Source: an uncultured Candidatus Micrarchaeota archaeon
Lineage (GTDB): Archaea > Micrarchaeota > Micrarchaeia > Micrarchaeales > CABMGC01
Direction: 5' to 3'
Length of the DNA stretch: 64,000 nt
Assembly (NCBI GenBank): GCA_963753785.1
Contig: CAVWDL010000008.1
Coordinates: 166,064-230,063, forward strand
The translations under genes and the position numbers were made by a program. Shown piece after piece: positions 44,111 to 53,055 of the stretch. Under the pieces are notes generated by a model, which worked only from the letters and a program-made list of their open reading frames with translations, was not told the origin of the DNA and did not search any database. Each line of letters opens with the position of its first letter. The stretch's first letter is position 1.

Positions 44111-45223
44111 TCACTTCTTTTCGAACGCTCCCGACTTATCGATCAGCTTCTCAAGGTCGACGTCCTCGTTCCTCATTATCACCTTCTCGAGGTCCTTGAC
44201 CGTGACCTTCTCGTACTTCCTCTTGAACTCCTCCGTCCTCGAGTGGACCTTCTCGAGGAGCATGTTCTTCAGCTCTCCGCTGAGCAGCCTGCCCTTCTTA
44301 TAATCATCATATATTAGCTTCGCCTCCTCCGCCTTGAGGAAGTAGCTCTTGAGGTAAAGGTAAGCTATGTCTACGTCCGGGTCGCCTCCGAGCCTTCTGT
44401 GCTCCTCGATGCTGACCCTCCCCCCGCTGTATGCGGACATTATCTTCTTCTTTATCTCCTTGGCGTCCTCGAGAAGCAGTATGCTGTTACCCTTGGACTT
44501 GGACATCTTACCTCCCTCCATCCCGGGCATGAACTTCGTGTGCAGCACCGCCGGCTTGTCGTAGCCGAACCTGGACGCGAGGTCCCTGCAGATCCTTAGG
44601 TGCGCGTCCTCGTCGGGGCCTATCGGTACTAGCACGTTCTTCATTCCGAACTGGTTCGGGAGTATTATGTGAGCAGACTGTATCGCGGGATAGAAGTGCA
44701 GCCCCGGGTTCTGGTCGTTCGTGTAGCTGTAGACCGACTTCACCTCGGACATGGTGATGCCGCGCGAGAGCCTTATCGCGAGGTTGTAGATGCTGGTGTA
44801 TATCTGGTCGATTATGATGTGCGTCTTCTTGACGTCGAACCCGTAGGCGAGCACGCTCCTGGAGAGCTGCAGCGCGTACTTGAGGGCCTCCTCCTGCGTC
44901 TTTATCTTGAGGGCGACGTAGCTCTCGTCGTCCGAGAGTGGTATGAAGACCTCGACGCCGTGCTTCTGCTGGAAGAACAGGTTCGTGTCGAAGACGGGTA
45001 TGTGGCCCATGTGGAGGGTCGAACTAGGGTTCAGGCCGGATACTATCGCGCTCTTCTCGCCCTTCCTTAGCCTCGCGTAGTACGCGTCGAAGTCCCTGTG
45101 GGAGACCATGAGCTTGTTGTTGAAAGTGTAGAAGTCAGGGACGTCCTTCAGGGCCTCGACTCTGCTGGCCCCGAACTGCTCAAGCAGCTTCCTGTTGTCC
45201 TCTTCCAGAGTCTCAAGATCCAT
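44111..45223 (-). CDS. trpS: Tryptophanyl-tRNA synthetase
   Basis: The HIGH-type motif (TLHMGH) and KMSKS are present. The C-terminal segment SGGRVSIEEHRRLGGDPDVDIAYLYL...GRLLSGELK is typical of archaeal/eukaryal TrpRS. Confidence 0.85.
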   Translation of the reverse strand: MDLETLEEDNRKLLEQFGASRVEALKDVPDFYTFNNKLMVSHRDFDAYYARLRKGEKSAIVSGLNPSSTLHMGHIPVFDTNLFFQQKHGVEVFIPLSDDESYVALKIKTQEEALKYALQLSRSVLAYGFDVKKTHIIIDQIYTSIYNLAIRLSRGITMSEVKSVYSYTNDQNPGLHFYPAIQSAHIILPNQFGMKNVLVPIGPDEDAHLRICRDLASRFGYDKPAVLHTKFMPGMEGGKMSKSKGNSILLLEDAKEIKKKIMSAYSGGRVSIEEHRRLGGDPDVDIAYLYLKSYFLKAEEAKLIYDDYKKGRLLSGELKNMLLEKVHSRTEEFKRKYEKVTVKDLEKVIMRNEDVDLEKLIDKSGAFEKK

Positions 45224-45285
45224 GAAATGACCTTACGCAGCTAATGTTCTGTATATAGGACTGAGGTCATATTTATCAATGCCTC

Positions 45286-45618
45286 TCACGCCTTCCTCGC
45301 CCGCCTGTCCTTGCGCCCGTTCAGGCTCGCGATTGTGCCGGAAGTCTTCAGCGTATAGAAGCCGATCCTCTTTCCGTCGATGTTCTTGACGAAGGCGAGC
45401 GCGAGGACCACGTTCCTCTCGTAGCCCCTGTTCATGCTGAGGACGAATGTCCTGTCGCTCAGCTGCGCCGAGACCTGCGGGTTCGCCTTGAAGTAGGGGA
45501 GCTGGCCCATGAACGCCTGTATTCCCCTCTTGAGCTTCTCAGCCTTGTAAGGGTCCTTCATGTCGATGCCCTCGCTGGCCTCGACGAGCACGTAGCGCAG
45601 CTTCCTCTTGAATATCAT
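45286..45618 (-). CDS. rnp2: RNase P protein component 2 (Pop5/Rnp2)
   Basis: The N-terminus MIFKRKLRYVLVE is typical of Pop5. The ATG overlaps the Rpp30 stop (ATGA). The track ORF extension to 45717 is out-of-context overlap. Confidence 0.7.
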   Translation of the reverse strand: MIFKRKLRYVLVEASEGIDMKDPYKAEKLKRGIQAFMGQLPYFKANPQVSAQLSDRTFVLSMNRGYERNVVLALAFVKNIDGKRIGFYTLKTSGTIASLNGRKDRRARKA

Positions 45619-46130
45619 AGCACTCCCCCCAGGAAGCATACCGCCTCCTTCGCCCTTGCCTGGTCCATCCCTAGGAAGACGCCGACCTCCTCCATCTGCA
45701 TGTTTGACATGAGGCACGTCGCCTCCTCCGCCATCGAGACGACGCAGATGTTGACCTTGGACATAAGAGCGCTCCTGACGAGGTTCCTCGCCTTGATCAG
45801 CGCCTGCGTCCTGGAAGAGTCCTCCGCCTTCACTATCTCCGAGAGGGGGACGAAAAGCAGCTTCCCCTCGTTCTTCAATATCTCAAGGGTCTTCTTGCTC
45901 ACCGATGCGCTCGCGGGAAGCATGCCTATGAACTCGTTCTGCCGAAGCGACTTGGCCAGGACCTCGAAGTTGTCGCTCCTGACTATCCTTTTCCTTGCTC
46001 CCTCCGTGCGCTTCAGGCTCTCCACTATCTCGACGTCCTTCCCGAGGCAGAAGATCCGCTTGTATCCCAGCCTTTGCGCAATCTCCTGCACCTTGGAGGA
46101 GTCCATCGCTACCAGATCGAAGCACTGCAT
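45615..46130 (-). CDS. rnp3: RNase P protein component 3 (Rpp30/Rnp3)
   Basis: The 171-aa ORF has Rpp30-like TIM-barrel segments (FDLVAM...FIGMLP...LLFVPLSEI...ICVVSMAEE). The conserved pairing with Pop5 supports the call. Confidence 0.7.
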   Translation of the reverse strand: MQCFDLVAMDSSKVQEIAQRLGYKRIFCLGKDVEIVESLKRTEGARKRIVRSDNFEVLAKSLRQNEFIGMLPASASVSKKTLEILKNEGKLLFVPLSEIVKAEDSSRTQALIKARNLVRSALMSKVNICVVSMAEEATCLMSNMQMEEVGVFLGMDQARAKEAVCFLGGVL

Positions 46131-46134
46131 GAGA

Positions 46135-47373
46135 TCAAGTCGAACCGGGCGCTATCGCGCCGCCTCCCTTGGCTTCCCCGCCGTCCATGAACAGGCTCTT
46201 CTCTATCGTCTCCTTTATCTTCTCCGCGGGATACGCCAGCTTTATCAGCTTGGTGTGCCCCCTTATCCCCTTCCCCGACTCGTAGGTGAGTATCAGGCCC
46301 TGCATCTCGAGGTCCGAGATGTATTTGCGGTACCACCTGCTGCTCTTCGGGTCCCTGCTGAGGGATCCCGAAAGCGAGGTGTACTTTCCATAGACCTCCC
46401 CGCTGAAGAGGTATGTGTCGTTGCCGTCGGAGAGCTTCTTGTACCTGCTCCCCTGGAGCGTGAGTATGGCGACGGCGTACAGCACGAGCTTCTGGTGCTC
46501 CGGAAGGGTGGATATGACTTCGTACGCGATGTCCTCCTCCGCGTCCTTCTGCGCCCCCCTGACCTCCGCGTCGCTAACGGTGTTCTTGCCCTCCTCGTCG
46601 GCGATCTCTCCCGCCCTCGAGATTATCCTGAGCGCCATCCTCGCGTCGCCGCTCTCCTTCGCGGCTATCGCCGCCGCAAGGCCGAGAGTCTCCTGGCTTA
46701 TCACGCCCTTCTTGAATCCCCTCTCCGCCCTGTCCTTCAGTATGGCCGAGAGCTCGTTTGAATTGTATGGATTGAATCCGAGCTCGTGCTCGTAGAGCGT
46801 CGAAAGCGTCCTGGAATCCAGCGATTCCTTGAACGAGAGCTTGTTCGATATCCCTACTATTGTCACGCCCCCCGATCTCAGATCGCTGTTCGCCCTTGTG
46901 AGCGTGTATACGAGGTCGTCGAGATCCTTCACCAGGTCTATCTCGTCAAGTACGACTATCAGCACCTTCCCGTCCTCCTCTATCCAGCTTATCACCTTCT
47001 CGTAGATCTCAACGAGGCCGTAGCCCCTCTTGGCGACGAAAGGCAGGTGGTCGCTGACTATCTTGCTGAGCACCCTGTACCTCGAGTTGTAGACCCTGCA
47101 GTTTATGTAGGATATCTTCGCCTTCACCACCGGCAGCTTGTTTATCTCGTCTATGACGTACTTCACGCATGAGGTCTTCCCGGTTCCTGTCTTCCCGTAC
47201 ACGAACAGGTTCCTTCCGCGCTCGCCCTTGAGCGAAGGCGTCAGCGCCTTGATTATGTCATCTATCTGCTTGTCCCTGAAGAGCAGGTGGTTGGGCAGGT
47301 AGTGAGGGGAAAGAACCTCGCGGTCGGCAAATATCTTGCTCTCCTTGAACAGTCCCGCGAATTTGTCGTTCAT
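46135..47373 (-). CDS. cdc6: Orc1/Cdc6 replication initiator
   Basis: The sequence LLFRDKQIDDI, Walker A LFVYGKTGTGKTS, Walker B LIVVLDEID and a C-terminal winged helix are present. The likely ATG is at 47373. Confidence 0.9.
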   Translation of the reverse strand: MNDKFAGLFKESKIFADREVLSPHYLPNHLLFRDKQIDDIIKALTPSLKGERGRNLFVYGKTGTGKTSCVKYVIDEINKLPVVKAKISYINCRVYNSRYRVLSKIVSDHLPFVAKRGYGLVEIYEKVISWIEEDGKVLIVVLDEIDLVKDLDDLVYTLTRANSDLRSGGVTIVGISNKLSFKESLDSRTLSTLYEHELGFNPYNSNELSAILKDRAERGFKKGVISQETLGLAAAIAAKESGDARMALRIISRAGEIADEEGKNTVSDAEVRGAQKDAEEDIAYEVISTLPEHQKLVLYAVAILTLQGSRYKKLSDGNDTYLFSGEVYGKYTSLSGSLSRDPKSSRWYRKYISDLEMQGLILTYESGKGIRGHTKLIKLAYPAEKIKETIEKSLFMDGGEAKGGGAIAPGST

Positions 47374-47554
47374 TACTAGCGCCCCCAGCATTTCTTTATT
47401 TTCATCCTTATAAATCTTCTTTCATGATTTCCATCGCGATGGCGTTCCAGGTCTCCATCGGAGTGCCTAAAACCAATCTCTTAAAACAAGAAGCAGCAAA
47501 AGGTATATAATAATAGGCAGACCAATCACTACCATATCCTATTTATCGGTGGAA

Positions 47555-48253
47555 ATGATGTATCCTAATATACAGGCTTACGACAGGGGAGTGATGTTCA
47601 ACCCCGACGGCAGACTCTTCCAGGTGGAATACGCGAAGGAGGCGGTCAGGAGGGGAGGCGCGGCCATAGGGATGGTCACAAGGAGCGGCGTCGCATTCGT
47701 CGCCCACAAGAACGTGGACGAGCCGCTCTCGGTCCTTTCGAGCCTGCAGAAGGTGTTCAAGGTGGACGCCCACATAGGCGCGGCCTACTGCGGGATAGTC
47801 GCGGACGGCCTGCACGTGGTCGACCAGGCGAGGGGCACTGCCCAGAGCCACAGGATGATCTACGACGAAGTCAAGTCCGTCGAGGCGATAGCGAAGGACA
47901 TATCACAATACATGCTTCAGGCAACCTTCTACGGGGGCGTAAGGCCCTATGGAATATCCCTGCTCATCGGGGGGATTGACACGGAGAAGAGGCTCTTCGA
48001 GGTCGGACCGGACGCGGCTCTGCTCGGCTACAAGGCGGACGCCATAGGCACCGGGAAGAAGATAGCGACGGAGATGCTCGTGAAGGAGTACAAGGACAAC
48101 ATGAGCACGGACGACACGCTGAAGCTCGGTATAAAGATACTGAACAAGATCAACGAGGGCAAGCTCGACAGCGAGCACGTGGACATTGGCTATATAGACG
48201 AGAGCAAGGAGTTCACGATACTCAACGAGCAGGAGATTGCAAAATACTTCTGA
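47555..48253 (+). CDS. psmA: Proteasome alpha subunit
   Basis: The N-terminus YDRGVMFNPDGRLFQVEYAKEAV is the alpha-subunit signature. The ORF can also open at the GTG at 47549. Confidence 0.9.
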   Translation: MMYPNIQAYDRGVMFNPDGRLFQVEYAKEAVRRGGAAIGMVTRSGVAFVAHKNVDEPLSVLSSLQKVFKVDAHIGAAYCGIVADGLHVVDQARGTAQSHRMIYDEVKSVEAIAKDISQYMLQATFYGGVRPYGISLLIGGIDTEKRLFEVGPDAALLGYKADAIGTGKKIATEMLVKEYKDNMSTDDTLKLGIKILNKINEGKLDSEHVDIGYIDESKEFTILNEQEIAKYF

Positions 48254-48269
48254 TTGTTCGTGAATCCAT

Positions 48270-48956
48270 ATGTCAAAAACTGTCATAGCCAAATACACCT
48301 CTGCGGGAGAGACATTCGAGATCTTCGTAGACTCCGACAAGGCGTATGACTTCATAACCGGCAAGATACAGGATCCACTTTCAGTGCTGGAAGTCGAGGA
48401 CGTATTCAAGGACGCGAACAAGGGCGATCGGCAGAGCCAGGACAAGCTGAAGAAGGTCTTCAGCACCGAGGACCTCGGCAAGATAACGGCGATAATACTG
48501 AAGAACGGCACTGTGCCCCTGACAACGGAGCAGCGCGCCAGGCTTCTTGAGGAGAAGAAGAGGCAGATCATACAGATAATAGCCACCAACGCGATCGACC
48601 CAAGGACCAACGCGCCGCACCCCGCGCAGAGGATCGAGAACGCGATGAAGGAGGCCAGGATACAGATAGACCCGTTCAGGCACGCGACCGAACAGGTCGA
48701 CGACGTGGTGAAGAAGCTCAGCATAAAGCTGCCCCTCAAGTTCTCGACAGTCAGGATGGAGGTCGTGATACCCGCCATGTACTCGAACCGGTCCTATGGA
48801 TTGCTTAAGCAGTATGGAATGAAGTCGGAAAAATGGCTCAACGACGGCTCACTTTCGGTGATGCTCGAGTTCCCTGCCGGCCTGCAGAGCGAGTTCTATG
48901 ACAAGCTCAACAACGCCACTAAGGGTACTGCCATTACAAAAATAATCAGTGTGTGA
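48270..48956 (+). CDS. sdo1: SBDS/Sdo1-family ribosome maturation protein
   Basis: The sequence VIAKYTSAGETFEIFVDSDKAYDF...VFKDANKGDRQS is SBDS-like. The position in the exosome superoperon is conserved. Confidence 0.85.
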   Translation: MSKTVIAKYTSAGETFEIFVDSDKAYDFITGKIQDPLSVLEVEDVFKDANKGDRQSQDKLKKVFSTEDLGKITAIILKNGTVPLTTEQRARLLEEKKRQIIQIIATNAIDPRTNAPHPAQRIENAMKEARIQIDPFRHATEQVDDVVKKLSIKLPLKFSTVRMEVVIPAMYSNRSYGLLKQYGMKSEKWLNDGSLSVMLEFPAGLQSEFYDKLNNATKGTAITKIISV

Positions 48957-48958
48957 CC

Positions 48959-49567
48959 ATGAAGACGATATTACCAGGAGACATGATTTCTGACAAGCCT
49001 GTCAGGATGGACAACGGCATAATCGAGAACGGGAAGACTTACGCGGCCGTCATCGGCCTGCTCGACGAGCCCACAAGCAACTTCATCCCGCTAGAGAGCG
49101 TCTGGTACCCCAAGCCGGACGAGGTCATAGTCGGCGTGGTGGAGAACGCGAAGAACAGCGTGTACACGATAAACATGAGCTCTCCTTTCAGGGGCCTCAT
49201 AATAGCAAGGAGGGGCGACGACAGCATGCACATAGGCGACGTGGTCACCGCGTCGATAAGGGACGTGAGGAGGGAGGCGGACCAGATAATCACGATCCTC
49301 TGGAGGGAGAGGAAGCTCTTCGGCGGGAAGGTCGTATCGGTGAGGCCATCGAAGATACCTAGGATCATAGGGAAGGCGAACACGATGATAAGGCAGATAG
49401 AGACCGCCACGAAGTGCCAGATACTCCCGGGGCTCAACGGCACCATCTGGATCAAGGGAGGGAACACGCAGCTCGCGGTCAAGGCGATAATGCAGATACA
49501 GGCGGAGGCGCACATAAGCGGCCTGACGGAAAGAATAGCCAAGATGTTATCAGAGGAATCTAAATGA
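48959..49567 (+). CDS. rrp4: Exosome complex RNA-binding protein Rrp4
   Basis: N-terminal, S1 and KH domains are present (KH segment PRIIGKANTMIRQIE). Operon position supports the call. Confidence 0.85.
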   Translation: MKTILPGDMISDKPVRMDNGIIENGKTYAAVIGLLDEPTSNFIPLESVWYPKPDEVIVGVVENAKNSVYTINMSSPFRGLIIARRGDDSMHIGDVVTASIRDVRREADQIITILWRERKLFGGKVVSVRPSKIPRIIGKANTMIRQIETATKCQILPGLNGTIWIKGGNTQLAVKAIMQIQAEAHISGLTERIAKMLSEESK

Positions 49568-50274
49568 AGGACAAACCTATTTTGATTAAGGACGGGAAGA
49601 GGAACGACGGAAGGTCGCCCAACCAGATAAGGCCTCTGAAGATAGAGGTCGGCGTCATAAAGAACGCCGAAGGATCCGCGTATCTCGAGTGGGGGGACAA
49701 CAAGGTCATCGCCGCGGTCTACGGGCCGAAGGAGGCGCAGCCCAAGCACTCCCAGGATCCCGAGAGGGCGGTGGTCAAGTGCAGGTACATGATGGCTCCC
49801 TTCTCATCCCTAGAGGAGCACGGCAGGTCGGGCCCCAACAGGAGGGCGATAGAGATATCGAAGGTAACCAAGGAGGTCTTCGAGAACGTAATACTTCTCG
49901 ACAAGTTCCCCGGGACAGAGATAAACCTTTACATTGACGTGCTGCAGAGCGACGGAGGCACAAGGGCCGCGGGCATAACCGCCGCGGCGGTCGCGCTCGC
50001 CAGCAGCGGCATACCGATGAGGGACATACCCTATTCGGTGTCCGCAGGGAAGGCGGGATCTGAGATTCTTCTCGACCTGAACAAGCTGGAGGACAACTAC
50101 TCCGACGCCGACATGCCTGTCGCGATATCGCCAAGGAACAACGACGTGCTTCTTATGCAGATGGATGGGTCCCTCACGAAGGACGAGTTCGAGAAGGCAC
50201 TCGGGATGGTGCTCGCCGCGGGCGCCGAGATAACCAAGATCCAGCGCGATGCGCTCGAAGCGAGGTACAAATAG
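49564..50274 (+). CDS. rrp41: Exosome complex exonuclease Rrp41
   Basis: An RNase PH domain is present (GKRNDGRSPNQIRPLKIEVGV...GSAYLEWGDNKV...DGGTRAAGITAA). The ATG overlaps the rrp4 stop. Confidence 0.9.
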   Translation: MKDKPILIKDGKRNDGRSPNQIRPLKIEVGVIKNAEGSAYLEWGDNKVIAAVYGPKEAQPKHSQDPERAVVKCRYMMAPFSSLEEHGRSGPNRRAIEISKVTKEVFENVILLDKFPGTEINLYIDVLQSDGGTRAAGITAAAVALASSGIPMRDIPYSVSAGKAGSEILLDLNKLEDNYSDADMPVAISPRNNDVLLMQMDGSLTKDEFEKALGMVLAAGAEITKIQRDALEARYK

Positions 50275-50283
50275 GTGAATGCT

Positions 50284-51069
50284 ATGCAAATTAAGGTTTC
50301 AGACAGGGAATACATAAACGAGCTTCTTGGCAAGGGAGTCAGGGGCGACGGAAGAAAGTTCCTGGACTACAGGAACATAAACGTGCAGATAAACAAGATT
50401 CCCCACGCGGAAGGGTCGGCGCAGGTCGACATAGGAAACACGAAGGTGCTGGTCGGCGTCAAGATTGACGTGGGAGCTCCGCTTTCGGACAAGCCCGAAG
50501 AAGGAGCCCTGATAACGGGGGCGGATCTGCTACCCATCGCTTCCCCTGCTTTCGAGCCGGGCCCTCCTACCCCTGATGCGATCGAGTTCGCAAGGGTGGT
50601 CGACAGAGGAATAAGGGCGGCGGAGGTCGTGGACACAGGCGCACTCTTCATAGAGAAGGACAAGGTCTGGACCGTCTTCCTGGACATCTACGTCCTCAAC
50701 TACGACGGCAACATATTCGACGCGGCAACACTAGGCGCCGCGTCCGCGCTTCTAAGCGCAAGGATGCCGAAGTACGAGGACTCGAAGGTGGTAAGGGAGG
50801 GGAACCTCGGGAAGCTGAAGACTTCGGGAATCGCGACTTCGTGCACATTCGGGAAGATAGGCAGCAGCATACTGCTCGACCCCGCGGAGAGCGAGGAGCG
50901 CGAGATGTCGACAAGAATGACTATCGCGACGGACGAGACTTGCATAAGGGCCATGCAGAAAGGCCTGAAGGGCTCCCTGACGGAGGACGAGATACACCGT
51001 ATGATAGACGAAACATTTGAAAAGTCGAAGCAACTAAGAGATATAGTGAAAAAAGCAATAGGCGATTGA
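50284..51069 (+). CDS. rrp42: Exosome complex subunit Rrp42
   Basis: The protein is RNase PH-like and of the non-catalytic type (GVRGDGRKFLDYRNINV...GSAQVDIGNTKV). The ORF can also open at the GTG at 50275. Confidence 0.85.
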   Translation: MQIKVSDREYINELLGKGVRGDGRKFLDYRNINVQINKIPHAEGSAQVDIGNTKVLVGVKIDVGAPLSDKPEEGALITGADLLPIASPAFEPGPPTPDAIEFARVVDRGIRAAEVVDTGALFIEKDKVWTVFLDIYVLNYDGNIFDAATLGAASALLSARMPKYEDSKVVREGNLGKLKTSGIATSCTFGKIGSSILLDPAESEEREMSTRMTIATDETCIRAMQKGLKGSLTEDEIHRMIDETFEKSKQLRDIVKKAIGD

Positions 51070-51070
51070 T

Positions 51071-51316
51071 ATGGCTAACTGGAGCATAAGATACGGAGTA
51101 AATCTCAGAAAGAGGTACACGGCGGTATCGAAGGAGAAGAAGTCAAGGTACGTTTGCGAGGTCTGCGGGAAGGCGGCTGTGAAGAGGGTGAGCACGGGCA
51201 TATGGACGTGCAGGCACTGCGGCGCTACCTTCGCCGGAGGGGCGTACTCCCTCAAGACCGAGGCGGGAAGGACCGTTGACAGGATACTCGGGCAGATAAA
51301 GAAAGTGAAAGAGTGA
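51071..51316 (+). CDS. rpl37ae: 50S ribosomal protein eL43 (L37ae)
   Basis: The sequence YGVNLRKRY and the zinc ribbon YVCEVCGK...WTCRHCG are present. Confidence 0.9.
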   Translation: MANWSIRYGVNLRKRYTAVSKEKKSRYVCEVCGKAAVKRVSTGIWTCRHCGATFAGGAYSLKTEAGRTVDRILGQIKKVKE

Positions 51317-51678
51317 TAAAAATAACGTTCTCCCCTGCGACCGAGCTAGTCGTGCACGAGGCGGTCGAGATGACCAAGGAGGACCTGCTGCTCGAGAGGA
51401 TAACGCCCTCGGGGAACATGCCCCTCTACTGGTGCGGCGGAATGCTGTTCAGCTTCTCTTCGCTTCCCATGACCGACGACATAGTGAAGGAGTACCTGCA
51501 CGGCAAGATACACTGGCTCGAGGTGCACTTCACCAGGATGGAGAAGTACCAGCCCGTGATCACGTTCGAGCCCGAGGAGTACAAGTCCACGATGAACGTG
51601 AGGATAATAGACACCACCTCGTCAGGGCTCCACAAGGAGTTCACGAAGTGGCTCAAGGATAACATTAAGAAAAGGTGA
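51313..51678 (+). CDS. Hypothetical protein embedded between eL43 and RpoP
   Basis: The 121-aa ORF has a GTG start overlapping the eL43 stop (GTGA) and uses host-like codons. I recognise no family, and it does not look like the Brix protein usually found near here. Confidence 0.4.
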   Translation: MIKITFSPATELVVHEAVEMTKEDLLLERITPSGNMPLYWCGGMLFSFSSLPMTDDIVKEYLHGKIHWLEVHFTRMEKYQPVITFEPEEYKSTMNVRIIDTTSSGLHKEFTKWLKDNIKKR

Positions 51679-51682
51679 AATT

Positions 51683-51817
51683 ATGGCCTACGTATGTTTG
51701 CATTGTAAGAGAGAAATAAAAACGCTGGAAAAGAATTTCGTCAGGTGCCCCTACTGCGGCTACAGAGTTCTCGGAAAAAAGAGATCCTCCCTGGCAAAGG
51801 AAGTAACGACGGATTAG
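51683..51817 (+). CDS. rpoP: DNA-directed RNA polymerase subunit P (Rpo12/RpoP), 44 aa
   Basis: The gene is below the ORF-track size cutoff. Manual translation gives MAYVCLHCKREIKTLEKNFVRCPYCGYRVLGKKRSSLAKEVTTD. It has the CxxC...CxxCG zinc ribbon followed by R.L.K.R, and the expected superoperon position. Confidence 0.7.
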   Translation: MAYVCLHCKREIKTLEKNFVRCPYCGYRVLGKKRSSLAKEVTTD

Positions 51818-51821
51818 GCGT

Positions 51822-52061
51822 CTATTGGTTTCCGCTGACCAGTATGGTCTCGGAAACCTTCTTGACCCTGTTGTACTCGACGCCGTTCTTGAACAGCTCC
51901 CTTATTACCTCCTTGGTCCTTACCGTGTCGAGCTTTCCTAAAAGCAGATGAGAAACCGATCCGTTCTCGAGATCTATGACCACCTCCCCCACCTCTCCTA
52001 TCCAGTGGCCCGTCCCTGATATCATTTTCTTACCATAAAGCTCTGATACGTTGATGGTCAT
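51822..52061 (-). CDS. PRC-barrel domain protein
   Basis: The 79-aa ORF is PRC-barrel-like (LYGKKMISGTGHWIGEVGEVVIDLENGSVSHLLL). Its start overlaps the stop of the upstream gene. Confidence 0.55.
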   Translation of the reverse strand: MTINVSELYGKKMISGTGHWIGEVGEVVIDLENGSVSHLLLGKLDTVRTKEVIRELFKNGVEYNRVKKVSETILVSGNQ

Positions 52062-52618
52062 GTTAAACCCCTAAAATTCAATTTGTGTATCCTCTTCGAA
52101 GCGAAAATTCTTATTATGTACTCATGCAATTCGTGCACGAACTCCATCTCGTTTTTCTCCCGCTCCTTGATCTCCCCCTCATCGAAGAGCGACACGTTGT
52201 TCTCGATTAGCCTCTTAAGGTACGCGTCCGTAAGAGAGTAGAACCTCGTCTTGCACGTCCTGCACACGTATATCGGCACGACGGGGACCTTTGACACGGT
52301 CCTCGTATCCCGCCTGTCGAGGTCCCTCTCTATCGTCTCTGTCCCGCACTTGGTGCAGCTCGCCATGATCTTCACCGGTTCGTAGGAGGATCTGTCGAAG
52401 AATTCGATGCTGGCGTCCGGACCGAAATACTCGGCTAGCGCCGAATCCGTCTTCTTCTTCTTGGAGTAGGCCTGGTTCACGACCTCCCCAGTGGCCTTGA
52501 ACTCAGTGACGAGCGTTCCGGAGATGAGCCCCTCCGCAATGCAGAACGATCCGCCTGCCTCGCCGTAGCTGCCGGTCCTTATCCTCTCGTCAGGGCTCCT
52601 GTAGGCGCTAATCTTCAT
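52058..52618 (-). CDS. Hypothetical zinc-ribbon protein
   Basis: The 186-aa ORF has paired CxxC motifs (CTKCGTE ... CRTCKTRF). It is translationally coupled to the histone gene upstream and the PRC-barrel gene downstream. Confidence 0.45.
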   Translation of the reverse strand: MKISAYRSPDERIRTGSYGEAGGSFCIAEGLISGTLVTEFKATGEVVNQAYSKKKKTDSALAEYFGPDASIEFFDRSSYEPVKIMASCTKCGTETIERDLDRRDTRTVSKVPVVPIYVCRTCKTRFYSLTDAYLKRLIENNVSLFDEGEIKEREKNEMEFVHELHEYIIRIFASKRIHKLNFRGLT

Positions 52619-52853
52619 CGGAGTCGACCTTGAGGACGTAGTCCTGGATGTCCTTCTTAGTGACCTTGTTCCTTTTGTCCTTCTTGGCGTTCTTTACCGC
52701 GTACTCCGATATGCTCTTCGCCTTCTTCTCCAGCACTCGTGCCAGCGCGTCGGCGCCGTCGTCTGTTAGCTGCAGGCCGAAGTACTTCCCGAATATCTCC
52801 TTCACTGCCTGCTTGGGTATGGTTGCCATTTCAGCACTCAAGATCTTCATCAT
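52608..52853 (-). CDS. Archaeal histone-fold protein with an acidic C-terminal tail
   Basis: The segment TIPKQAVKEIF...LTDDGADALARVLEKKAKSISEYAVKNAKKDKRNKVTKKDIQDYV aligns with the HMf-type histone fold (LPIAPIGRII...VSDDA...LEE...EA.K.A...GRKT.K.EDI). The true start may be the MATIPK ATG at 52829. Confidence 0.7.
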   Translation of the reverse strand: MMKILSAEMATIPKQAVKEIFGKYFGLQLTDDGADALARVLEKKAKSISEYAVKNAKKDKRNKVTKKDIQDYVLKVDSDED

Positions 52854-53055
52854 TTGGTTTCAGAAAAGACCTCATCACTGAATTTATATTGCACATTCCA
52901 TTTTAAATCCTTGACTAAGAGCATCTTCCTCCCTCGATGCCCTCGCGTTTTACCCAGAACTTAATAACCTTGCTCCTAAAAGCGGTTGCCATATTTTACA
53001 TGCAATTCAGAAAACTATTTATATTTATAACGGACACAATGCATTTCGTGGTGCA

